DNA of 64,000 bases from the human T2T-CHM13v2.0 reference genome, Homo sapiens: the NCBI RefSeq assembly GCF_009914755.1, contig NC_060934.1; one strand, written 5' to 3'. Made by a program: the position numbers and the translations under genes. Below are positions 38,192-51,464 of this stretch, one piece after another. How positions within the stretch are numbered: position 1 is the first letter of the stretch; the number at the start of each line of letters is the position of its first letter. The notes beneath the pieces were generated by a model, which was given only the letters and a program-made list of their open reading frames with translations, made no database searches and was not told the DNA's origin.

Positions 38192-40808
38192 ACTGATATG
38201 CTTAATTTTATCATTTGGATTCAGGCATACTTTCATGTTGGCTTGATGAGATCCCACTAGTATTTCCTGTAGGGAATATCTGTTAGTGGCAGGAATGTCT
38301 TAATTTCTGTTTCATTTTCCAAGGATAATTTTGTTTCATTTTCCAAGGATAATAGCTGAGTAGAGAATTCCTGATTTTTAAAATTTTTCTTCATTTTAAA
38401 TATGTTTTCCCACTTCCTTACAGCCTTCATGGTTTCTGGTTATAAATACCTGCTAATCATATTAAGGATCTCTTGTCTGTGATGAGTCTCCACTTTTGCT
38501 GCTTTCAAAATCCTCTCTTTGTATTTGTCTTTGGATAGTGATGATTTTGATGTGTCATATTATTTTGTTATAATTCATTTTATTTTTATAAGATTGGTAA
38601 TGCCTCATTTTTCAAGAATGCATATTTGGTTCTTTTACAAATTTCTGTCTCTTAACCAGGATTCTCTTTTTGGTGAGACATCATTGTCATATTTTAGGCA
38701 ATGTTTTCTTAGCTCTTCAAACATATTTATAAGAGTCAAATGTAAAGTCTTGTATACTAAGTCCAGCATCTGGATGCCTGCTGAGACAGTGTCTATTGAT
38801 TTTGTTTTTAATTTCCTGAGTTGTGAAAATTTTGATTTTGACAATGTTGCCAGAAATTTAATTGCTTTATGAGGAGCTGATTTATAAAGATTTTCATTCC
38901 ACCATTCCAGAAGTTTTACACTAGGGCCTCATAACTTTTGTATGTGATTCTGAACTATATCAAATTTGGGACATTTTGCATATGCAAACCAAGGTTTTGA
39001 TGCCTGAAGATATGGTACATGTGACTTCTGGAGACAAATACGCTAGGCAATCTCATTGTAACAATTACTCAAACTAGAAAAGGGAACGGGATTTAAAGGA
39101 TGCTTCAATCTATCCATTGCTAAGGAACTTAGGGGGTAACTATATGAAGCTCAAGGTTGGTAATATCATCTATCATCATGAGGTTTGAATGTTTCTTCCC
39201 TTTTCTCTAATCAGCAATTGCTTTGATTTTACTGAAAATAAGGGTTGGATCTCTGTTCTGCCAACTTAATTTAAAAAAAAAAGAAAAAATCATGGAGAAT
39301 TTTAAAGAAAGAGCCATCAGAATGATTGGATGCATATTCCTGAAATTAAACAATCTGATAAAATGTCAGGCTAAATTTGACTTGCAATACGTTAAAACAA
39401 GAAAAGAGTATTGTAAGGCCAGCTTAAGGTCCACATATTCTTTGCATCTTCAGAGTAGTATCCTTTATCTCAGACAGGACTCAGATATATTCTTGTGTAA
39501 CAAACAGACCTAATGTCAAGTTCAAAGAGGAATGGCATGCATAAAAATTTCCTACCAGTCAGATTTTGTTTTCTCAAGTACATATGGTACCAAGTACCAC
39601 CTTTGTTTAGCATTTCAATAATGTAACCCTTTCAATAATATCTTCTGGGAACTGGTGATTGAGTAAACTAATAATTGAAGCAACACATATAATTGTGATG
39701 TCATTATGGGTAGTTTTCTTAAGTTCTCAGCTTGGATGCAATATATCTTGCCACCTATTTAGAAAAAGAAAAGGGGAAAAATTAAAATGCTACAAACCAG
39801 CAAATAGCCATAAAAGGTTTCCACTTTTTAATAAGTTTTGCTGTTTAACTTTCACATTGACCTGGATATTACCACAATATGGTACATAAGACTTTTTAAA
39901 TGAGGAAATTTTCACCAAAGTTCTATTGGAATACAGCACAGCTTGAGTGACCAGGCATGTCTCACAGCAGCTTAACATAGATTCACCTATCAAGGGCATC
40001 ATTTTATGCATTTCCTGGGTCCACAGCCATAAAGACCCAGGGCAAAAAAGCCAATCAATCACATAACAAAATAAAGAAAGAAATAACATAAATAGAAAAC
40101 AGCACCAGCCTTACTTTGTTTTAAAACTTGTACATTTGCTCCTTGAAGGGAAAATAGAATTGATATAATTGATATCTGATTATAAATTAGAAATAACTTA
40201 TAACCTGTGAGTGACATATATATGCATTGTATGTACTGATTGTATTGATACATAGGCCCCAGAAGAAATAATCTATTTGCATACCAAATATACTTGCCTC
40301 CCAGTCCCTACTTGGTCATTAAGGAGACTCAGTTACTGCTGTTACATCACCTAATAGTCCCAGTTGGTTTTGATTTCTGAAGTTAGAGTCCTTTTCTGGC
40401 ATGGTATCCATATGTCAACTCTGGTGGGAGCAAAAGTAGCATTAGTAATCAAGCCTGAAAGAACCAGACACACAGAAGCTCCTATTTGACTCAACTCCCA
40501 AGTCACTCAGATAAAGCACCATTCCATTAAGAACAGCATCTAGTTTCCACACTCATATCCAGAGAGGCCTGGTGACAACAGCTAGGAAATGCAGCAATTT
40601 AAAGCCTTGTGGGTAATTGGTGAGAGAAATGGAAGAAGAGAGCCAAAAAGTATCCCTCTACTTCTCCTCAGCAGATTCTTCAATGTACGGTAGTTGTCTG
40701 CTCCAAGTCATCTCACGTGACTGAGTAAACCAATAAGGTCTAATGTGTATGTTTTAATTTTCACTCTGTTTGCGAAGACCCTGATTAAGGCAGATCCAGA
40801 ACCCTGTG

Positions 40809-41264
40809 TGTAAGCATATTAGTTTGTACACGATTTTGGTTTCTTGGGCCTATTTTGATTTTAGCCCCAACTGTGGTAGATAGTTTCATGCATATTGAAA
40901 GACTTCCATTTCAAATGATGAAAACGTCTCTCTCCTTTTCAACCTCAGAGCATTTTCCTAAAATTGAGAAATTCGTTCAGTTTACATATTTGTTTCAGTC
41001 CTAAAATGCAGAGGAGTTAATGCTTCCAGAAGCAACTCTCAGTAGGTGGGTGCTCTCATGCTTATTGGACATATAATACTGGGAGGTATTTTGTATGCTT
41101 CTCAGAAGGGCCAGTAGAATTGAGTCCCTGTTACCCTCAGACCTACTTTGAATACTTGTCCTTAATTTAAATTTTTCTTTTTCATTCTCTCTCTCAACTA
41201 TTTTATAGTTCCCCTCACAAATTTTCTTTCAAGCTCTATAATTGAGCATGCCTAAACAAAGACA
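40809..41264 (+). mobile_element. 5' LTR (LTR16C-like)
   Basis: 'gaggagttaatgcttccagaagcaactctca', 'agaattgagtccctgttaccc', ending 'cctaaacaaagaca'. Confidence 0.65.
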
Positions 41265-42537
41265 GTTGTCCCAGACGTGGTCCTGAAAAACTTATTCTTG
41301 AGGTGGGATTTTGGAACTGGATCTCTCACTGCTCAGATATGAGTTCTTACTGGAAATAAACAGAATGATGATAACCTCTGATGTGTAAAGCAATATCACA
41401 ACCACCAAGAGCCTCACCTATGATGGACTAAAATTAAATACAATTGAAAGAGGACATATTAACTTATGCATTAGTTCTAGCCCTTGAATGGTGTGGGACA
41501 ATGGCAATAAAAATTAGGAGGTGGGTGGTTTTTGTTAAATTTCTTAAAATACTTTAAGAAAGAAAGAGAATGATAAGGTCTCAAGTATCAGAACATGATA
41601 AAGTCTGAAGATCTTCTTGGCATTGTTAGAGGTCTTTCCGTGAAGTCAGTGCTGTGCTGAAAATTAGGCTCAGAGTTTAATTGCTAGCAGAATAGCCAAA
41701 TAAATAACGTAAAACCTCGACAGGCAGCCCAGGGTAAAGTCTGGACCTTTATTTGGGACCCTCAGATTTGTGAGTAAAGTAGAAATGCCTGGGTAATTTC
41801 TTGGGAACTGTCTAGGTTGTGAGAACTCCTGCTTGGTTTAGGGTGACTGTCCTCTGTACCGCAGGGTTGGTGGTGAGAGAGTTGCCTTGGAGCTTAGTTC
41901 CCTAGTGTCAATGGAAATAACAGAGACCATGTGGTGAAACTCAACCATAAAAGGCAAAGTGAACAGTTTTCTTCTAATGACAGCAAGACTAAAGCAAAAA
42001 CCAAGGTGCTTTTTCATGCAGAGGTCTATGTTAATGGCTAAGAAAACATGGGGTTCTTGGGTAAGATAGAGAAGCAGCTGATGAGCGTATTGCTTGACTT
42101 GTAAAAACAGAAAAATGACAGAGCTTGTGAGAAGCCTGATGTCAGCAGTCTTAAGAGAAAAGTATTTCCATCTCCAGTTTTCAGATACAGATCCTGCCAT
42201 TTGGATGGGAGGCCAATTTCTACTTGGGTAGTAGGGACCATGAAGTGCCATTGAAAGTCAACACAATAACCAACCTGCCAATCCTTCTGCAAGTGGACCT
42301 GCAGCCATTAATCACATAACTTATGAGAGGTGACAGATACAGGGTTTGATCTGACACTGACGCCAGGAGACTCAAAATACCATCATGGAGCTCTGATTTG
42401 GTGGGAGCTTATAAAATGACAGGTGATAAATATGGTCATGGCGAACTTCCATCTAACAGTGTGTGCAAAGGCCCCTCAGCTACACCCTATGGTTTTTTCT
42501 CCCCTACTTTGACTACAAAATTATAATTGAATAAGTA

Positions 42538-42642
42538 TTTTATTGAATTTTTAGTAACTTTTAGTAATTTACTAAAATTTTTTAGTAATTTAGTAATTTA
42601 CTAAAAATTTTTAGTAATTTTTATTGAATTTTAGTAATTTTT
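42538..42642. repeat. AT-rich array of direct and inverted 'ttagtaa'/'ttactaa' units
   Basis: tttagtaa recurs about 6 times and ttactaaaa twice; 'ttttattgaattt' is present at both ends. Confidence 0.9.
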
Positions 42643-45155
42643 GTGTTGTCCTTTTAGTAGATATCCAAGATGTGTATATTTGTCTAATTATTGCCTTTTT
42701 ATTAGTGTATTTACCACTTCCAGAACAATGCAAGAAACTTTAAAAGTTTAACTCTACCCCTCCTGATTTTGTGGTTTGGCTATCATATAGTTTTCTTCTA
42801 TATCTGTTACACAAGACATAGCTATTATTATTGTTTTATACAGTTAGTGTTCTTTCACATTTACTCACATCTTTTTTTAATTTTACTTTATGATCTGGGA
42901 TACATCATGTGCAGAACATGCAGGTTTGTTACATAGGTATACATGTGCCATGGTGGTTTGCTGCACCTACCAACCCATCATCTATGTTTTAAGCCCCACA
43001 TGCATTAGGTATTTGTCCTAATGCTCTCTCTCCTTTTGCCCCCCACCCCCCAACAGGCCCGGGTGTGTGATGTTCCCCTCCCTGTGTCCATGTGTTCTCA
43101 TTGTTAAACTCCCACTTATAAGTGAGAACATGCAGTGTTTGGTTTTCTGTTCCTCTGTTAGTTTGCTGAGAATAATGGCTTCCAGTTTCATTTATGTCCC
43201 TGCAAAGGACATGAACTCATTCTTTCCTATGGCTGCACAGTATTCCATGGTGTATATGTGCCACATTTTCTTTATTCAGTCTATCATTGATGGGCATTTG
43301 GGTTGGTTCCAAGTCTTTGCTATTGTAAATAGTGCTGCAATAAACATACCTGTGCCTATCTTTATAGTAGAGTGAATTATAATCCTTTGGGTATATACCC
43401 AGTAATGGGATTGCTGGGTCAAATGGTATTTCTGGTTATAGATCCTTGAGGAATCACCACACTGTCTTCCACAATGGTTGAACTAATTTGCACTCCCACC
43501 AACAATGTAAAAGCGTTCCTATTTCTCCACAACCTCGCCAGCATCTGTTGTTTCCTGACTTTTTAATAATCGCCATTTTAACTGGCGTGAGATGGTATCT
43601 CATTGTGGTTTTCATTTGAATTTCTCTAATGACCAGTGCTTTTGAGCTTTTTTTCATATGTTTTTGGCTGCATAAATGTCTTCTTTTGAGAATTATCTGT
43701 TCATACCCTTCAGCCACTTTTTGATGGGGTTGTTTTTTTCTTGTAAATTTGTTTAAGTTCCAAGTTCCTTGTAGATTCTGTATATTAGACTTTTGTCAGA
43801 TGGGTAACTTGCAAAAATTTTCTCCCATTCTTTCTGTTTACTCTGATGATAGTTTCTTTTGCTGTGCAGAAGCTGTTTAGTTCAATTAGATCCCTTTTAT
43901 CAATTTTTGCTTTTGTGGCAATGGCTTTTGGTGTTTTAGTCATGAAGTCTTTGTCACAACTTTATTCTTTCTGGAATCCTTCATTCTTTCATGTAGTTCA
44001 AAGCCTTTATCTGAAATTATTTTCTTTCAGCCTGAAAAACTTTCTTTAGGATTTCACTTATTTTATGCAGCATGGGTCTTCTGATGATCAATTTTCTCAG
44101 GTTTTGTCTGAAAAAGTCTTCATTTTGACTTCACTGTTGAAGAATATTTTCACTAGGTATGGAGTTTAAGATTAGAGTTCTTTTTTTGTTCAATGCTTTA
44201 AAAAATGTCATTTTATTGTTTTCAGATTCCATAGTTTCTGTTGAAAAGCCAGACACCAGTTTTACGATTGCTTCTCTGAAGATAATGTATCTATTTTCTC
44301 TAGCTCCTTTAAGGTTTTCTTTAACTTTGATGTTTAGCAATTTGGCTATGATGCGTCTAAGTGGGATTTTTCTTTGTATTTCTCCTGTTTTGGCTTCACT
44401 GATCTTCTGCAATGTGTGGGTTGAGATGTTTTGTCAAGTTTAGTGTATTTTCAGTCATTATTTCTTCAAATGTTGCTTCTTCCTCATTCCCTCTCTCCTC
44501 CCTTTATAGGCTGCCAATTATACACGTTAGGCCTTTGACTATGTATCACATACCTTTTACACTCTGTTCTATTCTTTACATTTTATTTTTCTCTGTGCTT
44601 CAGTCTAGATATGTTTCTATTGACCTGTCACTGAATTCACAAATCCTGTTTTCTACTGTGCCCAGACTTTTCAACTATCCATTCAATGGGCCTTTGATTC
44701 TGCATATATGCTTTAAGTTCTAAACCAGATTTTTTTATTTTGTTGTCTTCAATTTTGATAATCTTTTCCTCTATTTTAATACATTTTAATAGTTAAAATT
44801 CTGCTTCAACTCTAATATCTAAACAACTTGTTATTGAGTCACTTTTATTGCTTTTCTTAGTTTTAAAATAACTAATCCTTTTTAAAAAAGTAATCATACT
44901 TTTTTTTATTGAATTCCAGTAATGCACAAAATCTAGAGTCCATGAAAGATGACTCTTTCTTCTCTGTCCACTAAGACTGCAACATATTGTTTAAGGGGAT
45001 TCCCTACTTTACCCCCAAACAGAAAGGCAGGTAAGTATGAAGCTTACCTAGTGCATCTCTTTTTCCAAGAATCGTATTCCTCAGATTTCTTCCTGCTTTG
45101 ATTCTTCTCCAGTGTCTTCAAATACTTTTTAAATATTTTGTGCAGTATAGAGAGG
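42643..45155 (-). mobile_element. Old L1M(E)/HAL1-like element including an ORF1 remnant
   Basis: ORF 44131..44412(-) 'PLRRIIAKLLNIKVKENLKGARENRYIIFREAIVKLVSGFSTETME' resembles the L1 ORF1p RRM/CTD. Confidence 0.75.
42872..43953 (-). mobile_element. L1PA8-like 5'-truncated LINE-1 nested in the L1M
   Basis: Reverse 3'UTR 'tttaagccccacatgcattaggtatttgtcctaatgctctc'; ORF 43454..43717 ([38 protein letters not shown]) is the ORF2 C-terminus; TSD tcaca(t/a)cttt. Confidence 0.93.
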
Positions 45156-46726
45156 AGCACAATTGGAGTTGATTTTTTAGCAGCTGCCAGGATTCTCACA
45201 TTGGTTTCATGATCCCTATATTAATATTACGGTAGGTAGGGCCAAATGTAAGCCTCTAAAACAATCCTCATTCTCACAGTGAAACCTGAAGTATAATGGT
45301 ACCCTGTAATCCATTACATGTTATAGATGAACACCATTTTCAAAAATTTAAAGAATGTATAACACTTACAAAAATTAGAGGATTGTTTTGGGTGACTAGT
45401 AATTACTATAAAAACTGAATAAACTGATATCCTACTTTTCTGATATAGAAGTGGTTTAACTTTTCTGATAGGGATGATTTATTTTTCGGAATACATCAAC
45501 AATTTGGTATGGAATTGTTTACCTGATAGTATGGTCTTTTCAAACCCCATCAATAAGGAGGATACAATTCAGTTTGCTTTTATTATGTGGGAAAGACAGA
45601 AATATACATTCAGTTGACTCAGGGCTAAGGTAACTCTTCTGATCTCCATCATAATACAGACCACAGGAATGTTAATCATCTTCACATTCTGTAGAACACT
45701 GTATTTGAACTCTTTATTGATAACTTTATGCTAATAATGAGCAATCTATCATGTGATGAAAATAATACATTTCATTTAGAAACACACACAAGCAGGTCTA
45801 GAGACTGAAAGTCAGTTTCATGAACACATAGATCAGACACCCATACTGCTTCAGTAGGTTGCACCAGTGGTCATGGCTATGGCCTTGTGCAGCATTCCTT
45901 ATAACCAGGTGAATGAGAAGAAAGCATTCAGGCTTGCTGGGTGATGCTTTGTCTAACTATATCAGTGCAAGCTGACAATGTTATTCTGCCCCTCTAAAGC
46001 TTGTTCCAGAAGTGGCCCTAAATAACACTAACTGTTTTTAGTGGACAACTTTAAACGTACATCTTTTTTTGCCAGTGTTTTTGGTAAGAGAATTGATATG
46101 AGGTTGGGATGCATACGGACTCCTGAAAAATTGCAAATAGCTTCGCTGTGGTCAGTGGACTGAAAAAAAAATACGGGAACATCATATCTAAGGAGCTTTG
46201 GGTAGATGTCTATGCATGAATTTACACAAATGGGCATAAAATATATGGGATATTTGTGTATCATATAAATAAACATCAGAGAAATACCACTGCAAAGAAG
46301 GTGCCCAATAGCAGGTATACAGAATTACTCATTCAGTGGACTCTAGCGAGCGTTTGTGTTCTGTCACTCTATTGCTTGTGCAATAGGCTTAGAAAAGGTA
46401 TATTTATCTTGAATGAAGTCAGTGTATGGTCCCAAGAGCAAAGTCTCCTTCTTAAGTAAGCTGATCCAGCTACCGAAATGGCTGAACACCAGGCATATCA
46501 GAAGCACAATCCAAGTGTGAGACTTTGATGTGGCAAAATCCCTTGAGGAGACTAGCTTGGTACTTGGTGTGAAGCTGATATTAGATCCTTTGACTCTGGC
46601 AATTATGGATCCTTATTAGACTTGACACTTACTCTAGGCATAGGTTTTTCTTCTCAAAGAGATTTTACAGCAGCATGATCATAGTATTTACAGAATATTT
46701 GATAATTGACATGGAATATTGTATAA

Positions 46727-47267
46727 CAAGGGTCCACAACCCCTAGGGAACATCATATGGACAGGTACCTGTCCATGGCCTGTTAGAAACAAGGCTTCAC
46801 AGAAGGAGGTGAGAAGCGGGCAAATGAGCAAAGCTTCATCTGTATTTACAGCCATCCTCATGGCTTGCATTACCACCTGAGCTCCGCCTCCTGTCAGATC
46901 AGCAGTAGCATTAGATTCTCATAGGAGTGCAAACACTGTTGTGAACTATGCATGTGAGGGATCTAGGTTACACACTCCTTATGAGAATCTAATGCCTGCT
47001 GATCTATCACTGTCTCCCTTCACCCCCAGATGGGACCATCTAGGTGCAGGAAAACAAGCTCAGGGCTCCCACTGATTCTACACTATAGTAAGTTGTATAA
47101 TTATTTCATTATATATTATGATGTAATAATAATAGAAATAAAGTGCACAATAAATGTAATGTGCTTGAATCATCCTGAAACCAGCCCCCGCAACTCCATG
47201 CCCAATCCATGGAAAAATTGCCTTCCATGAAACTAGTCCCTGGTGCCAAAAGTGTTGAAGACTGCTG
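46727..47267 (+). mobile_element. MER1A (hAT-Charlie)
   Basis: 'gagctccgcctcctgtcagatcagcagtagcattagattctcatagg', 'gaaactagtccctggtgccaaaa'; exact 8-bp TSD ttgtataa (46719-46726 / 47268-47275). Confidence 0.93.
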
Positions 47268-48226
47268 TTGTATAACATCATGTCAGACTAATTGGCCAAG
47301 TTTAAAGTAAAGAAAAAATAACAATTAATGCATGATCACATAACTCATTTATCTTACCATATGCCACCTTACATGAAATTAGTCTAATAGAATGTTAGGC
47401 CAATTAAAAGCTCCTCTAAAGTTCAAGAATAGCATCCCACAGATTTGGGTTTCTGTCTTCTAGAATACAATATATGCAATAAACTAGTAGCCAATATATG
47501 ATGCTTAGTCTCTAGTGGCTAGAATATATATATAAAATAAACAGTTCTGCTGGTCAAGTTGTGGAAGAAAAATTGATCTTTCTCACCATTACTCCTAGTG
47601 AGCCACTTTCAGCATTTGTATTTCTCATCCTCTTTTAGAGTAGAGGCCTTGGTAGCCAATAGAGAGAGACAGAGAGAGAGTGAGTGTGTGTGTTGGGAGT
47701 GGGAGGTGCTTCCATAAGGGAATACAACAAATTTTCCTTTAAACTTATAACTGCATTCTGATCACCTTGGGACTATTCATACTGTTTTATTTTTACCTTG
47801 CTTTTCCTAAGAGCAAGGGTTGCTGCTTCATAATGGGAGGCAGGATAAAACATCTTTAGGACTCAAGAAGTTCACTGGGGGATTTTCTTGATGCTTTTGT
47901 GTCAGCAGCTACAGATTACCAAAGCCAAGGAAACCTGGTGCTGGGATCCCTCAGGGATGAGGGCTGAGTCACCTCAGCATGCAAGTAATACAGCACAGCT
48001 AAAGGGCTGGCAAAATTGTACTGAATGTACAATTGGTGAAAACAGGAAAAGGAGGAGTTTACATGGTTTCAGCACTGTTTGTAACAGTAGGGCCTGTAGC
48101 ATGTTCCACTAATCCTTCCTTACTTAAGCTCATTGTAGAGATTGTGTCTGGCCCTATGTGCAAGAATCAATAAGAAATGTACATAATGTTGAGCAAAAGT
48201 GAACCTGAGTCATAAAATGATGGGAG

Positions 48227-49438
48227 TATAGCAGATGCTTTTTATGTTCCTTATCCTTTTTGGTTGGCCCAACTCTAATTTTCGATGCCATGGTGGTGAA
48301 TATTTCCACGCCTACTGTGTGCCTTTCTCTGCTTTTGTGCTTCCGGGCCTTCTCAAAAGCCACAGAATTCCAATCATCCTAAGTGAAAACATAATGCAGA
48401 CATAAGAGTTAATGTTCTCAGAAGTGCTGGGGCACAGAGAATGAGACTCTCAAAGTAAGGTGCTTTGGCATGCTGAGCACTGTTGAACTGAAGGAAATTG
48501 GAAGGTCTTAGAAGCTGCCTCAGAAACAAGGACTTTCTAACCTTGTCTTGCTTTTCCTCCCCAAGTGCAGGGAGGTGATCTCTCTGAATGTTCCCTTATC
48601 TAATAAAAATTTCTTCTAAAAAAAAAAAAGAAAGCAATTGTCTTAAGACTCTCTCCCTAGGAATCTCATCAAATAACCAGGAAAGATTAACTACAGCAGA
48701 AAAGACTAAAACACATTATGCCCCACATACTTTTCATCTGTTCTGAGAGCAGCTTCAAGAGATTACCTGGGAGACTTTATCTGTGTAGTAAGAAAACTTT
48801 GTTCACAGTGAAGTTCTTCCCCGCACCTTCTCACCACCTCCCCTAGAGCTCAGAAAAACTTTATTTCAGGCCATGTCTGTTTAGGCCCATTCATTTTCCC
48901 CTAAAAATCATTTGCTACCCCTCACAAGTGCCCACCTCTCCCTTTTCCCTCTTCCCTATTTATTAAGAGGGTATTTTTATTAAGAGGGTATTTAAGCCTC
49001 AACCATCTGGCTTTTCTCTGAATCTCACATTTTTGAGACTTCCAGGTTCATGTACATGTTTATAAATTTGCATGACTTTTCTTCTGGTAATTTGTCTATT
49101 GCCAGTTTATTTCAGCAGGAGGACTTGATCATTGAACTGTCAGCGTGAAAGTTTAAACTTCCCCTACAAGAAGCCACCTTTCATCAGTGGGGTATGGGAG
49201 CCAGTGAACAACTCTGGGAGGCTGTTGCTATGTTTCTTAGAAACCCCAAAAGAATCAAGCCCTTATTAACAGCAGCAGTAACCCACAGTGACATACCATT
49301 ATATTGCTTTTTATTCTTTTTCTGCCTCACTTCCCCTTCTCCCTCACTCTGGGTTCTTGGGATGACTTCCTAAGTAAACTGTCTGCAAATACGTCCTTGT
49401 CCCTAACTTCTCTTTTCATGGGAACTTAACCTAAGAAA
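48227..49438 (+). mobile_element. 3' LTR (LTR16C-like), split by MER39
   Basis: Starts 'tatagcagatgct'; 'gagttaatgttctcagaag|ccacc' rejoins across MER39; ends 'ctcacttcccc...tgggatgacttcctaagtaaact...gggaacttaacctaagaaa'. Confidence 0.7.
48425..49168 (+). mobile_element. MER39-like ERV1 solo LTR
   Basis: Runs tgctggggcacagag...gctttggcatgctgagcact...aaacttcccctaca; exact 5-bp TSD agaag. Confidence 0.85.
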
Positions 49439-51464
49439 ATACACCATTTGAGAACTGAGCCTAACTGCATTCAAAATCAACAGTTTACAATCTCAGGTAT
49501 ACAGTAACCATTTTACTGTGTTCTACAAACACAGTTATTTTAATCTCAAGCCTTCATCTGCTAGGATTGGGAAAATGGAGTTTGATGGGAAAATTGAACC
49601 ACAGTCTGTCTTTTTAGAGTGCTTCTGGTATTTCAAATGACTTGAATATGTACTGCTCAGGAATTGACAAATGTGAATTTTTATTCTTCTATTCATTGGT
49701 CTGCACAGATTGACGGTGCTCTGCTGGCAAAATTTGTCTATCAATCCTCTCTAATGTTTCCCTGCCAATGTTGGGTTAATGGGATTATCTCTACTGCAAC
49801 TAGGACACACCAGGGATATAGGAATTTCCTGAAGACTTTCTGTGGTCTAATCTGCCTTATATTACAGGACGCACTTTTCAAGAGCTGTTTGTGAGAAAGG
49901 CAAAAGCTCCTTTTTCTTCAATCCATCAGTGTCTTTCCTTATGTTACTTTTCTGCCTGCTTCACTGGCTAAGCAAATCTGTTTTTCGTCTAAAATGGCAA
50001 GGTCCTTTTTACTCTATGTTTCTCCCCATTATTTCACTGAGATTCTGAAGGCTTTGTTTCTGAAAGGGTTTATAGGCTTTTAGAAACCAAAGCCAGGGGG
50101 CTCTGCACATTTTCTATTTTGTATCCCTCCTCTGAGGCAATAAATAAAAAAAAGAAAAAAAGAGGAATAATGGGAAAAATACATACAAACATAGGTAAAA
50201 ATCTAAAAGAATGTATATGTGAAACACTCATTCGTGTTTTATTTGTTGTATCTTTATTGGAACCCAATCAATCAGAGAGAAAACAAAAAAGTAATTATTC
50301 ACTATTTCTACCAAACCTGTCTGTCTGTCACTATTCCAAATACAAGTGTATTCCAGTTAAAAAAAAAAAAAAGTTATGCATGCCCATGCAAAGGCACACA
50401 AGTATGTGCAAAACTTTGTGTCTGTGTTGAGGAGGAAATTGAAGCACACCTTTCACATGTAGCCCTTCAGACTCCATCTAGATAATCACAAAGCAACCTA
50501 TTCATTCAGAGAAATCATCAATTTTGTGTTTATTCCAATATATATTCTGTTACCTTTATTTTTACTTTTCAAACTTCTTTTAGAATGATGTACACAAATT
50601 ACTTCTTCTTTATTTGATCTTCTATCTAGCACTTATTTTCCTCTCTGCCAAATTTTCTTTGCACCTGACAAAGCTATTTTCATCACGGGATGAATCCTGG
50701 GAGATGCCTGAAACATTATAAATTCCAGCTTGTGCAGAATTCCAGGTGGTTCTCTTTTGTGGAACTATAAGATGGGATCTCCAACGATTTTGTCTATTTT
50801 TACATTCATCTTTATGTGTTTTTTAGATGGCTGACCTCACCATTTATTTAGCTGACTTGGAGCATTGTGGCATTATCTATATGTGATATTTTTAATAAGC
50901 TTTGATGAAAAAATAAACAGTGCAAATCTTATAACATCCGAAGGTAAAAGAAACCCTGAGAGGAAATTTAACTGTGCTATTACTCCTGTTGTACTCCTTT
51001 ACTGAAGGCCCAATTATGAGTGTAGAAAAGATGAAACAGCACCCAATCAATGTTAACATACAAGTATCTCATTACATATAGGACCTTAAGAATCAGAATC
51101 ATCATGGCAAGATTATGAGAAAGGGCCAGGTAATTATTACTGAATTCAAAATCTTTTAAAGCATTAACTGTACCTTGCAAAGCATTGATAAAATTAGATG
51201 AGAAATCATAGTGATACAACAATTAGCACCACTTCAACATTACTCTGTGTGGTAGGTGTTCAAAGCATATATAGGGTTGTTTGGCTTTGCCTTGTTTGTT
51301 GTTTTTCTGAATGAAAGCAGTTTGCTGCACAGAAGAAAAAAATGAATGCTATTTGAATTGCAAATTTCTGCTGCAGCCATTAGTTTCCCCCTAATATTTT
51401 TAATATTTTCGAGGGTAAATTAAAATTTGGACTGTTTAAGCATTTCCAGTTGAAATACATTGTT

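Larger units (their letters stand above)
36500..38915 (-). mobile_element. Old L1M (MC/MD/ME) fragments, interrupted by an MLT1 LTR
   Basis: T-rich reverse L1 motifs 'tgtctcttgtaagcatcatattgttg', 'ttttgtacagtcaacattaatttagatttac', 'tgctgctttcaaaatcctctcttt'. Confidence 0.6.
42330..47520 (+). pseudogene. ERVL pro-pol remnants with many stops and frameshifts; split by L1M/L1PA and MER1A
   Basis: Protease-region 'tctgacactgacgccaggagactcaaaataccatc' continues after the L1 at ~45160 ('tagcagctgccaggattctcacattgg'); decayed YIDD box 'tttattgataactttatgcta' at ~45713; integrase-like 'gacacttactctaggcatagg'. Confidence 0.7.
40809..49438 (+). mobile_element. Decayed ERVL provirus (LTR16C-like LTRs, ERV3-16A3-like internal region) with nested insertions
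   Basis: Two related LTRs in the same orientation; the 5' LTR end '...aaagaca' is followed by the internal start 'gttgtcccagacgtggtcc'; pro, RT, RNase H and IN remnants occur in order; short purine run 'gatgggag' before the 3' LTR. Confidence 0.75.

Noticed and set aside
40200-40780. Possible additional LTR-retroelement internal fragment upstream of the provirus
   Set aside because: The composition is suggestive, but I cannot match it to a family with confidence without a Dfam search.
41838-42292. 137-aa and 84-aa minus-strand ORFs
   Set aside because: Antisense to the decayed ERVL gag/pro region; chance ORFs.
42538-42642. CRISPR-like or telomere-like array
   Set aside because: No constant repeat with unique spacers and no TTAGGG; the context is a primate genome.
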